From: a virus
Taxonomy: Duplodnaviria; Caudoviricetes
Reading direction: 5' to 3' (one strand)
Length of the DNA: 64,000 nt
Virus record (IMG/VR): IMGVR_UViG_3300025270_000009
Span: 37,853 to 101,852 of that record
Under the pieces are notes generated by a model that saw only the letters and a list, made by a program, of their open reading frames with translations, searched no databases and was not told where the DNA came from. Within the stretch, counting starts at the first letter, position 1. Every line of letters starts with the position of its first letter. The position numbers and the translations under genes were made by a program. Shown piece after piece: positions 47,299 through 55,868 of this stretch.

Positions 47299-47838
47299 TC
47301 AGAGCTCGTTGACAGGCACCGCCGCCATACCACAAACAAACAAATCAGCGCCCTTTTCACCCTTTTCAAAGAGCTCAAGTGCCCTTTCTTTTGTTGTAGC
47401 CACAAACGAATTAATCTCTTCGTCAAAGCGAATGCAGTAACCCTGCGCTCGCAACTTGGGACCAACCGTTTTAGTAACCGGCAGCACCTCGTTTGGCATC
47501 TGAGCTATGATCCGCTCAAAATCTGCTGAGGTCAGCTGTAAATGACCCTTTCGAGCCCTAACCAGTTTTTCAGCCAGTGCTCCGGTGACGGATTCGCTTT
47601 CTGACTCCATTCGAGACATCATAAGCTCAAGCTCTTTGTTCAGGTTCAACGCTTTGAACACCTTGAACAGCGTCTTTAACCGAACAGCCTCAGCTCGCTC
47701 AATAGCGGCAATTGACGGCTGTGACAGCCCAGTCATCGCCGCCAATTCTTTTTGTGACAGTCCGGCGCTTTTCCGCCGCTTTTGTATAAACGTGGCCAGA
47801 GCCTCAGAAAATTCTTCAAATTCCATGTTATCAACCAA
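47299..47838 (-). CDS. XRE-family HTH regulator
   Basis: RRKSAGLSQKELAAMTGLSQPSIAAIER. Confidence 0.85.
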   Translation of the reverse strand: MVDNMEFEEFSEALATFIQKRRKSAGLSQKELAAMTGLSQPSIAAIERAEAVRLKTLFKVFKALNLNKELELMMSRMESESESVTGALAEKLVRARKGHLQLTSADFERIIAQMPNEVLPVTKTVGPKLRAQGYCIRFDEEINSFVATTKERALELFEKGEKGADLFVCGMAAVPVNEL

Positions 47839-48364
47839 TGCTAGTTAAAAATTCAGAAGACATATTTGCCTTCAGTTTACTACCATCTAGCACCGCAATG
47901 CCAAGAGCCGGCATCAATTTTCTCATTTGAGTGGCTTGAGAATTCGCTGTACTCTGCTTCAGCCCTTTCTCCAAGTACACTTCAATAAGCTCTTTACGCT
48001 CAAATTCTTTTTTCTCTTTGAGGTGTTCAAGGGCAATCAATGTGTATCGAGACAAAGGTTTTCCGGCCTGAAGCGCTGCAATAGCGTTTTTCGCCTTGTC
48101 CTGGACTTTCTTGGGTAGGGACTCAATGTCGTAAGAGCCGGTTGAAACAGGCGCTTTCTTTGCGCTCTTTTTCTTTTCCGTCTCAGGCTTGGATTCGGCT
48201 TTCGCCTTTTTAGCCTGGCTTTTGGCACGAGCTTCATCAGCCTTCTTTTTTGTTTCGGCTTTCTTCTCTTGAAGCTTAGCTTCGTCTTCCGGTTTAGTGG
48301 TGGGCTTCGACGCTCCAATTTCTTCCTGAAGCTTGTCGATTTCTGCTAATAGATCGTCTGACAT
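47831..48364 (-). CDS. Lys-rich hypothetical protein
   Basis: 177 aa; leader and operator 48394-48413. Confidence 0.7.
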   Translation of the reverse strand: MSDDLLAEIDKLQEEIGASKPTTKPEDEAKLQEKKAETKKKADEARAKSQAKKAKAESKPETEKKKSAKKAPVSTGSYDIESLPKKVQDKAKNAIAALQAGKPLSRYTLIALEHLKEKKEFERKELIEVYLEKGLKQSTANSQATQMRKLMPALGIAVLDGSKLKANMSSEFLTSIG

Positions 48365-48464
48365 GATACACCTCTTGCTTTTGCTGAATGTTTGTATTTC
48401 GATGCTGATATACTAAACGATCCGAGTAGGCAATCAAGCGGTTTTTGATTTTGTTTTTTCCAAT

Positions 48465-48553
48465 AAAAAACCGCCTTCCCAAGCAAAAGAAAGGCGGTCT
48501 ACATTCAGCAATAGCAAGCAAGGTTTTACAAGAAGTGCAAAATCACGCTTACT
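48465..48553 (-). ncRNA. candidate master antisense sRNA (sRNA-4) complementary to conserved early leader
   Basis: TTGTCG-17-TGTAAT promoter; 25-nt seed at 48524-48500; terminator ACCGCCUU..AAGGCGGU plus U-tract. Confidence 0.75.
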
Positions 48554-48617
48554 TTGCTCATTACAGCATAAACCCTGGGCTGCGACAAGTTTTAATGCTT
48601 AATGCTGAATATCGGCT

Positions 48618-49058
48618 CTATTCCTTCTTAGCCTTTCGCTCTTTGTAAGACCGATAAAGCTCTTTTGCCTTTTCCGTTCCGCCCTGAAGCAATGGCTTGC
48701 TAAAGTAAAAAGGAACAATCCAGACCAGAATCGAGTTAATGTTTTTATCCACGATCTCCTGCAAGTCCTTCACAAAGTCAGCGTCAAATACAGCACCACC
48801 GGCTAAGAACAATACACAGACCAACCAAGCAAAAATCACAGCCACTACAATCGCTCGCCTTGAGACGTTCTGCCCCTCAGTGTTCTTCATGTACTTACCC
48901 AGGCTGTCGATAAACTGCCGGTTCGCCTCTACCCGCTCTTGATCGCCAAAATGAAGCTTGTCCATTCCTGATGAAACAGTGTCAAAGACGCCCTTCGTTG
49001 ACTCAGGTGTTCCGAACATAGTACCGAATACGTGTTTAATGCCATTCCACAAACTCAT
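48618..49058 (-). CDS. holin-like membrane protein
   Basis: Amphipathic N-terminus, 2 TM segments, basic C-terminus; operator 49102-49121 upstream. Confidence 0.55.
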   Translation of the reverse strand: MSLWNGIKHVFGTMFGTPESTKGVFDTVSSGMDKLHFGDQERVEANRQFIDSLGKYMKNTEGQNVSRRAIVVAVIFAWLVCVLFLAGGAVFDADFVKDLQEIVDKNINSILVWIVPFYFSKPLLQGGTEKAKELYRSYKERKAKKE

Positions 49059-49121
49059 AAAAAAATACCCCTGTTAATGAATAACAGAGGCATTTTATCA
49101 ACTATCTCAGTATTGAGATAC

Positions 49122-49364
49122 CTAAGTGTAACGAGAAATCTTCTGGTGCGACTTCAATACCAACTCCCAGGCGGTCATTAAAATCAACCAAATGCCGCAA
49201 GCAATCGAGAACAAGCCGAACAGAAGCGAATATCTGGCCAATAGCTCAAAAACATAACCATACCCGCCAAACGCTTCTTCGTTCCACTGGCCAAACACGC
49301 CCAAAGGTATGCTTGCCAGTGTAAACATGACACCAAATAACGTGAGCTTTATTGCGTCTCGCAT
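49122..49364 (-). CDS. membrane protein
   Basis: 2 hydrophobic segments. Confidence 0.55.
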   Translation of the reverse strand: MRDAIKLTLFGVMFTLASIPLGVFGQWNEEAFGGYGYVFELLARYSLLFGLFSIACGIWLILMTAWELVLKSHQKISRYT

Positions 49365-49927
49365 GAAAGTTCCTCCAAGTCTAACTTAAAATAGCCTTTC
49401 TTAAGGCCGTAAATGAGAGCGTCCATCATTTTCTCGGTATCGTACCAAGCTCGGTGAGCGCTAACCTCATCAAAATCTATCCGACACGCCCGACAAAGCT
49501 CAGCCAGTTTTGGCACCTTGCCGTTAGGAGTAGCCCATCTGCCGTTTTGCATCGTACAGAAGATCTCAATATCCGGCATTTCGAGTTTCACTTTGTTCAT
49601 CATGTGGTACATGAACGGCGCATCGAAATTGGCATTGTGAGCCACAAAAACGTCACAACCGTTAATTATTGACTTCACTTTGGGCGCAATCTCATGCCAC
49701 TCCGGAGCACCCTTTACCATGTCCGGTGTGATACCTGTTATCTCCTGAACCTTTTGCGGTATGCTGCGCTTCGGATCAACAAGTGTCGACCACTTCTTTC
49801 GGTCAACGGCCTCCATTGTCTCGGTGTCGAGTTTGACAATGCTTATGGCAATCTCAGTTACCATGTGACCGTCATCTGCATCGAAACCTGTGGTCTCTAA
49901 ATCCGTTCCGAATAATTTAAGTATCAT
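49349..49927 (-). CDS. DEDDh 3'-5' exonuclease (DnaQ-like)
   Basis: DLETTG, AHNANFD, HRAWYD. Confidence 0.92.
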   Translation of the reverse strand: MILKLFGTDLETTGFDADDGHMVTEIAISIVKLDTETMEAVDRKKWSTLVDPKRSIPQKVQEITGITPDMVKGAPEWHEIAPKVKSIINGCDVFVAHNANFDAPFMYHMMNKVKLEMPDIEIFCTMQNGRWATPNGKVPKLAELCRACRIDFDEVSAHRAWYDTEKMMDALIYGLKKGYFKLDLEELSCETQ

Positions 49928-50363
49928 ATTTTTCCCTCAACTTTTTGACCACGTTTTTAAAGCGCTTACAGGCGTCACTGGAATCGCTTATGTTGATTGA
50001 CTTCACCGGCTCCGAGATCAAAATGCGCATTTCGCTCGGAATGTAGTTTATGTGGTATGGGCCAGCCCTAACGGTGTCCGTTGATTGACCCACAACCTCT
50101 TTATTAAACTCGTGAAGCACGTTAATCAAAAAGTCGTCCTTGTCGTATCCGTTCAATACCGAATACAGTGCGTGAATAGCTTCATAACCGGCGTTGGTGG
50201 ACATATTGCCAGCCTCAACAGCCAGGCAAATGTTCTCAATCTGTCCGGTTATCTTTCTCTGAATGCCGTCCTGAAACTGTTCGAAGTCTTCTTCAGCGAT
50301 TTTAAGGCGCTCTCTCAACCTCTCTATTTCAGTGATTGACTCCAGTTCTTTCATGTCACTCAT
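49917..50363 (-). CDS. hypothetical protein
   Basis: 148 aa; leader 50371-50391; operator 50402-50421. Confidence 0.7.
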   Translation of the reverse strand: MSDMKELESITEIERLRERLKIAEEDFEQFQDGIQRKITGQIENICLAVEAGNMSTNAGYEAIHALYSVLNGYDKDDFLINVLHEFNKEVVGQSTDTVRAGPYHINYIPSEMRILISEPVKSINISDSSDACKRFKNVVKKLREKYDT

Positions 50364-50424
50364 TGCTCTTACCTTGCTTGCTATTGCTGAACGACTTAAT
50401 ACTATCTCAGCAATGAAATACTAA

Positions 50425-51084
50425 TCAAGCAACAAAAGCACGCCGAGTTAGAAAATAATCCCTCTCCAAGTTGTGCACCATCATGATTGCACGTCTATGA
50501 ATGGATGCGCTTGGAATTAATCGACCCATTTGCTCACTGGATAGCGGTGCGCCTGTCACTGACTGATAAAGACCGACCATCATTGCGTGTATGGCAAGCT
50601 GAGCGGCTTTTGACGGCTTACCCTTGCCCTCGACTGCACTGGTGTACTCCAATGGCTCACAGACGTACACACGAAAGAATGGGCTAAACTTCTTGTAGAA
50701 TTCGGCACAAGTCTCAAGCATGGTTGTGAATACATGGTCTGCATACACTCTTTCGTTTTGTCGAACGTTGGCCACCGTACCAATGTCAAACATCATCGCT
50801 GTGTAAGCCAGATAGTCCAGAGGCGAACGGTCGGCTACATAAATTGTTTGGTTGCCGTCCTGCAAAAGCTCGATGTACTTTTCCATCGCTATGTAGAAAA
50901 TATGCTTCTGACGCTCAATAACTTCAGAGAAGTCGTTGGTGTGCATATCAAAACCGGCACCCTCGATCATTTCTCCGGTATTCATGTATAACGGCTGTGC
51001 ATTGTTCAGCATTGGTGCTAAGTTTTCAGCCAGTGTGGTTTTCCCTGAGCGGTGAGCTCCCGCTAAAAATATAATCTTTGACAT
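50425..51084 (-). CDS. P-loop nucleotide kinase (AAA_28-like)
   Basis: GAHRSGKTT; DRSPLDYLAY. Confidence 0.8.
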   Translation of the reverse strand: MSKIIFLAGAHRSGKTTLAENLAPMLNNAQPLYMNTGEMIEGAGFDMHTNDFSEVIERQKHIFYIAMEKYIELLQDGNQTIYVADRSPLDYLAYTAMMFDIGTVANVRQNERVYADHVFTTMLETCAEFYKKFSPFFRVYVCEPLEYTSAVEGKGKPSKAAQLAIHAMMVGLYQSVTGAPLSSEQMGRLIPSASIHRRAIMMVHNLERDYFLTRRAFVA

Positions 51085-51145
51085 AGTTGTTACCTCAAAC
51101 AGCAAAAAGGGGCACGAATGCCCCGACATTAACTTGTTTAAACGA

Positions 51146-52090
51146 TTAGCCTTCCATCACACGGTAAGCTTCGTGGGTGCATAGCTTGTCGAATGCTTTT
51201 TCAAAAGCAATCTGCTCACCAAGCTCCTGATCGAAGTCATCAGGGTTCACGCACGAAGAGTCGCCTTCAACAGCAAAGCCTGACGGCATTTTAATGACAC
51301 AAATTGTCATCGTGGTTTCAGGCACAATAGTGTACTCAACACTGGCAATGCGAGACTTAAGCTCATCAACATCAATTGCCTTGTTACGACCATCGTTGTC
51401 GTTAACCTGGTCTTGACCGGCTACCTTCGCATCGTAGTATTCGAGCAAGCCTTTCTTAATAAACTCTAAAGGCTCTTCTTCTAAGGCGATTGTCTCAGCC
51501 ATTCTGCCGACAAAATCAACCATGACTTCGTTGTCTTCCTGGCCGTTCCAGATTTTGCGGTACTCACCTTCTTTGTAGCCACGCTCCTGACGAACAAAGT
51601 TTAGGGCGTTTTTACCCATATACATTGAATAGAAGGTCTCAAAATCACCGTAAAAATCCATCACCATGTCGAACAATATAATATAGAAATTAAAGGTCGG
51701 CACTCCAACCGTAAAATGCTCGGTTAACTCAGCCTTGCCATAAGAAATAGAGCCCTGATTAGGCACCGTTTCTGACCATGCTTGAGAAATTGCTCCCGCC
51801 AGATAATCAAGGGCTTCATCAAAAGACTTGTAGCCTTTCATTTCATGTTCAATGCTTGCAGACATTGCAAAGTGGAATATATCGACCAACTCCATTGCTG
51901 CCTGATCCAAGTCCGGTGTCTGATTCTTCCACCACTTGTAACCCATGTGGTCGTGAAACTCACCAAACTCTACGTTAATGGCTACTGCATCTTCACGCTT
52001 AACTTTTGGGTTAATTGGCCAATCCTTGTCAATTTTTTGGTTAAACAAGGTTTGAAGCTCTAACATTTTGCGGAACTGCTTCTTGTGCAT
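51146..52090 (-). CDS. dimeric (all-alpha) dUTPase fused to Gp49/66-like domain
   Basis: EFGE..KWWK..MELVDIFHF..KNALNFVRQ..GY; C-terminal SSCVNPDDFDQELG. Confidence 0.85.
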   Translation of the reverse strand: MHKKQFRKMLELQTLFNQKIDKDWPINPKVKREDAVAINVEFGEFHDHMGYKWWKNQTPDLDQAAMELVDIFHFAMSASIEHEMKGYKSFDEALDYLAGAISQAWSETVPNQGSISYGKAELTEHFTVGVPTFNFYIILFDMVMDFYGDFETFYSMYMGKNALNFVRQERGYKEGEYRKIWNGQEDNEVMVDFVGRMAETIALEEEPLEFIKKGLLEYYDAKVAGQDQVNDNDGRNKAIDVDELKSRIASVEYTIVPETTMTICVIKMPSGFAVEGDSSCVNPDDFDQELGEQIAFEKAFDKLCTHEAYRVMEG

Positions 52091-52098
52091 AATTGCCT

Positions 52099-52707
52099 CT
52101 ATTGCTGTAATGTTTTTGTTTGCTGTTTTGGGTAATCTTTCCCTGCTTCAATCACGGCATCAATCGACTGCTCGTAATTGTCGTGGTACTCAATTGCGTA
52201 AATGGCGTGAGAGAACTCATCAAAGTCCGCCACGTCACAGGGAATCATATCGAACGCCACTGTCGAGAAATGGTCAAGGTTCTGATAACGAACTTCATCC
52301 GGTGACCCAGTGCTTTTGTAGTCCACCGATGATGCGTGTACCGCCTCAACTCTTCCCGATCTAAATGCTGCATCCCAGGCACCCGGTCCACCGATGACAA
52401 ACCACTGCTTATCAAGCCAACGGTTCATATTGGTGAAAGCCTCCAGGCTTTCTGCATAAATGACGGTTTCGCCATTCTCCTGCACCTCAGTGATACCGTC
52501 AAAGCCACTGGAAAGAACGACATTGATACGGTTTGGCAAAGGAAATTTTGGTAACCCCATGAAAGTGCCTTTGCCCATAATGACAACCTGGTTCTTCGTT
52601 GTCTCTTTGAAAAGCTTCAGCTCTTCAGAAATGTGCCAGGGTAGGCGGTCACCTACCCCAACAACATATTCCTCACCGAAAGCCATTATGACTCTCAACC
52701 CCTTCAT
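52099..52707 (-). CDS. folA: dihydrofolate reductase
   Basis: [28 protein letters not shown]. Confidence 0.9.
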   Translation of the reverse strand: MKGLRVIMAFGEEYVVGVGDRLPWHISEELKLFKETTKNQVVIMGKGTFMGLPKFPLPNRINVVLSSGFDGITEVQENGETVIYAESLEAFTNMNRWLDKQWFVIGGPGAWDAAFRSGRVEAVHASSVDYKSTGSPDEVRYQNLDHFSTVAFDMIPCDVADFDEFSHAIYAIEYHDNYEQSIDAVIEAGKDYPKQQTKTLQQ

Positions 52708-53567
52708 ACAGAGATTTCTCCTTTAATAGCTGAGTGAGGTTTATAACCAACAAGCTCCACCATATCCGGCGTCAGATTGTCGATGGTTGCTTCAGAATCT
52801 AACTTCACTGAAGGCAAGCTCTTAGGCTTGCGACCTAATTGCTTCTTAACCTGGTCTACGTGATTCAGGTATATGTGAGCGTCACCAATCGTATGAATGA
52901 ACTCGCTAGCAACGTGACCTGTCATGTTCGCCACCAATTGCAGCAGAAGCGCATAGCTTGCGATATTGAACGGAACCCCCAAAAACAGATCTGCGCTGCG
53001 TTGGTACAGCTGCAACGATAAGTGACGGGCACCATCAATTTCATAGCTCTTAAACTGAAACAGCGTGTGGCATGGCGGTAACGCCTGATTGCCTTTCTCT
53101 GCATTCTCAGAAGGAGACATTGAGGTGTCCGGTAGTAAGGCCGGGTTCCAACCGCTTACGATGATGCGGCGGCTGTCAGGCTCTTCTTTCAGCTGACGGA
53201 TCACTTCACGCAATTGGTCGAAGCGCAAATCCATTGTATTCATGCCGTGATCGATCTTGTGCGGCCAACTGCGCCACATTTTCCCGTAGATAGGGCCTAG
53301 CTCCCCATCTTCAGTCGCCCAGTCATCCCAAATTTTTGCACCAAGCTCGTTCAGTCGCTTAGCGTTGGTACTTCCTTCTAAAAACCAACAAAGCTCCGCC
53401 ACGATAGCGTCAAAGTTCACTTTCTTGGTGGTCACCAAAGGAAAGCCTTCTTTCAAGTCGTACCGAGACTGAGTGCCAAACAAGCTGATGGTGCCGGTGC
53501 CTGTTCGGTCGCCGGTCTCAACGCCTTCTGTTAGCACCTTGTCCAATAAATCATGGTACTGCTTCAT
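52704..53567 (-). CDS. thyA: thymidylate synthase
   Basis: [30 protein letters not shown]; start MKQYH with GGAGG RBS. Confidence 0.97.
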   Translation of the reverse strand: MKQYHDLLDKVLTEGVETGDRTGTGTISLFGTQSRYDLKEGFPLVTTKKVNFDAIVAELCWFLEGSTNAKRLNELGAKIWDDWATEDGELGPIYGKMWRSWPHKIDHGMNTMDLRFDQLREVIRQLKEEPDSRRIIVSGWNPALLPDTSMSPSENAEKGNQALPPCHTLFQFKSYEIDGARHLSLQLYQRSADLFLGVPFNIASYALLLQLVANMTGHVASEFIHTIGDAHIYLNHVDQVKKQLGRKPKSLPSVKLDSEATIDNLTPDMVELVGYKPHSAIKGEISV

Positions 53568-53580
53568 ACTTCCTCCTACG

Positions 53581-53886
53581 TTATATGTAGGGAATGACTG
53601 TTTCACTTTCAGCTATCTCAGTGAACAACAGGTAGCTACCATGAGCTCTCATGTCGTCCTTGAAATAGCCCTTCTGAGCGATGTCTTCAGAAACGCCTTT
53701 CAACGTTCTCATAAAACACTGAACTAACGTTGGGTGAGACTTTAAAAGGCCTGTTAAAAAGCCCTGCTTCACCTCTTCGTCGTAGCCCATTATGTTTATC
53801 GACTCCAACAGTCTTCCTACTTGTTTTTCAACGTCTTCAGTTACTTTTTGTTTTTGCTTGTGAAGATTTAAGCCTTCTTTATCCAT
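53581..53886 (-). CDS. hypothetical protein
   Basis: 101 aa; leader and operator 53913-53932. Confidence 0.7.
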   Translation of the reverse strand: MDKEGLNLHKQKQKVTEDVEKQVGRLLESINIMGYDEEVKQGFLTGLLKSHPTLVQCFMRTLKGVSEDIAQKGYFKDDMRAHGSYLLFTEIAESETVIPYI

Positions 53887-53970
53887 GTTGATTACCTTGC
53901 TCGTTGCTGAATGTATTTCAATTCTGACATACTGAACAAGGCAATCAACTAGACCTAAAACAAAAACCCC

Positions 53971-54189
53971 TTACATTTTTACCTCGACCTTGAGAGGCTC
54001 TATTTCATCTGACCTGATTTTGACAGGTGTTTTATCCTTCCCATAATAAGTATGGTTGGCAAGGACAATGAATACTCCCAAGTAAAAAAGGAGAAATGCC
54101 ACTCCAACTATGCGCCACTTCCTTCTATACAAATAAGCAAGCACAGCCTTTCCCAAATTCTGCGAGGTCAGTCGAAAATCGAAACCCAT
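53971..54189 (-). CDS. small membrane protein
   Basis: 1 TM segment. Confidence 0.5.
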   Translation of the reverse strand: MGFDFRLTSQNLGKAVLAYLYRRKWRIVGVAFLLFYLGVFIVLANHTYYGKDKTPVKIRSDEIEPLKVEVKM

Positions 54190-54416
54190 AAGCCTTTATT
54201 GTCCCACATCTTTCGCGAACGATGCTCAAGCCTGATCTTCTTAAAGTTGTCCCAGGCCACAATAACGCCCATTAAAATGAGAACCGTCGATAACAGCATA
54301 CCGGCTGCCATTTCCAGCCCCTTATCACTACTTGAGGACAGATAAAAGGCTAATAGCCCTGATGTAGCGGTCATAACGCCACAAATTAAAATTACAAACA
54401 GTCGAAACATAACCAC
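54168..54416 (-). CDS. small membrane protein
   Basis: 2 TM segments. Confidence 0.55.
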   Translation of the reverse strand: MVMFRLFVILICGVMTATSGLLAFYLSSSSDKGLEMAAGMLLSTVLILMGVIVAWDNFKKIRLEHRSRKMWDNKGLWVSIFD

Positions 54417-54453
54417 CTCTATACAAAAATAAGCAAGAACAGCCTTTCCCTAA

Positions 54454-55449
54454 TTACCACTCGGCCATGTCATCGTAAGTGTCACGCTCTGACTCAAAGA
54501 AGTTTGTTTCAAAGGCGACATCATCAGCACGCTCTTCAACAAACGGAGCCGGATCTTTTGTAACACCGGGGTAGATTTCACCCAGGCCTAGCGCTTTCGA
54601 GTATTGGTTGGTCAGATACTCGATGTAGGTCTCCATGAGCTCGTTCGATAAGCCCATAATGCCGTCACCGATGATGTGATTGCCCCACTGCTTTTCAAGC
54701 TCAGCCGTGTTCTTCAGAATGTCCTTAGCACGCTCACGGAATTCCGGAGTGTCTACTTCAGGGTTTTCAGCCAACACGTCTTTAAACATGGCATTGAACA
54801 GGCGCAAATGGTTATTTTCATCGCGGTGGATGTAACGAATTTGCTTAGCCGATTCGGGCATTTTTTTGTTTTCTGCCAAAGCGTAGAAAAACAAAAATCC
54901 AGACTGGAACATAATGCCTTCTAGCGCCTGGTTTGCGACTGTGGCCAAAGCAAAGTTCTCGGTCGAGAAACCTTCCGGCATCAACACGTTCATCACGCGA
55001 ACGTACTTGTTCTTTTCGTGAAGAAGGTCGTCAGTCATGAACATATTGTAAGTTTCGATAGGGTCAAAGCCCATTGTCTCGATCATTAAGCTGTACGCCA
55101 TGACGTGCATGGACTCATCAAAAATCTGACGACTCAACGCCATGCGGTACCAGGGCGAAGTCACATGAGAGTTAACCACGTTCAAGTTGTTCAGCTGAAG
55201 ACCGTCCAGATTTGACAAGAACGCCAGGGCTTTTTGGTAACCGCGTTGCTCAGCCTCAGTTAGAGAGGACCACTGTTGAACGTCACGGCTCATGTCCACA
55301 GAAGACTCATTCCAATGGTCTTCACGCATCTTGTCGTAAATCGCCATTGCAGCCGGGTGCTTGGCCGGTTTGATCTGCATTAACCCATTGTCAGGGCCAT
55401 TAATTACACGATAATCGTCTAAGTTGATGATTTCTTTATCAGATTTCAC
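54454..55449 (-). CDS. nrdB: ribonucleotide reductase class Ia beta subunit
   Basis: NLDG, ESMH..Y, EG..F..GF, DENNH, NFFE. Confidence 0.93.
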   Translation of the reverse strand: MKSDKEIINLDDYRVINGPDNGLMQIKPAKHPAAMAIYDKMREDHWNESSVDMSRDVQQWSSLTEAEQRGYQKALAFLSNLDGLQLNNLNVVNSHVTSPWYRMALSRQIFDESMHVMAYSLMIETMGFDPIETYNMFMTDDLLHEKNKYVRVMNVLMPEGFSTENFALATVANQALEGIMFQSGFLFFYALAENKKMPESAKQIRYIHRDENNHLRLFNAMFKDVLAENPEVDTPEFRERAKDILKNTAELEKQWGNHIIGDGIMGLSNELMETYIEYLTNQYSKALGLGEIYPGVTKDPAPFVEERADDVAFETNFFESERDTYDDMAEW

Positions 55450-55506
55450 GTCTATTCTCCGCTACTAATTACAAAATGAGAGGGACAATAAGTCCCTCAA
55501 CAACAA

Positions 55507-55866
55507 TCACTGACACGCTTCGCAAGCAATCTCTTCGTCAGCGTCATAGTCGGTCGCTTCAGCAAGCTCAAAGACTACTCGCTCGATGCGACTCTCATCG
55601 TCACCAGTAACCCGGTTTTCTTCCATGCCATAGGCAAAGGTCATTACCGTTGGTGCCGAGCGGATATTGCGCAGATGCAAAAAGCCGTTATCCACGTCTT
55701 TAATGTCGATTTTGATAAAGTCGATACTCTGATGAGTTTCTTCTAACTTTTTCAACGTGCGCTCTGCACTTTGGCAGGGTGCACAGTTTGTAGCGCAAAT
55801 CATGAGGACCGTAGGACGGCCCTCTGTTAAACGCTGTACCATTTTTTTGTGATCTAACTGTTGCAT
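55507..55866 (-). CDS. thioredoxin-like protein with extra C-terminal CEAC tail
   Basis: CAPC active site, cis-Pro APT, ends DYDADEEIACEACQ. Confidence 0.85.
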   Translation of the reverse strand: MQQLDHKKMVQRLTEGRPTVLMICATNCAPCQSAERTLKKLEETHQSIDFIKIDIKDVDNGFLHLRNIRSAPTVMTFAYGMEENRVTGDDESRIERVVFELAEATDYDADEEIACEACQ

Positions 55867-55868
55867 GA

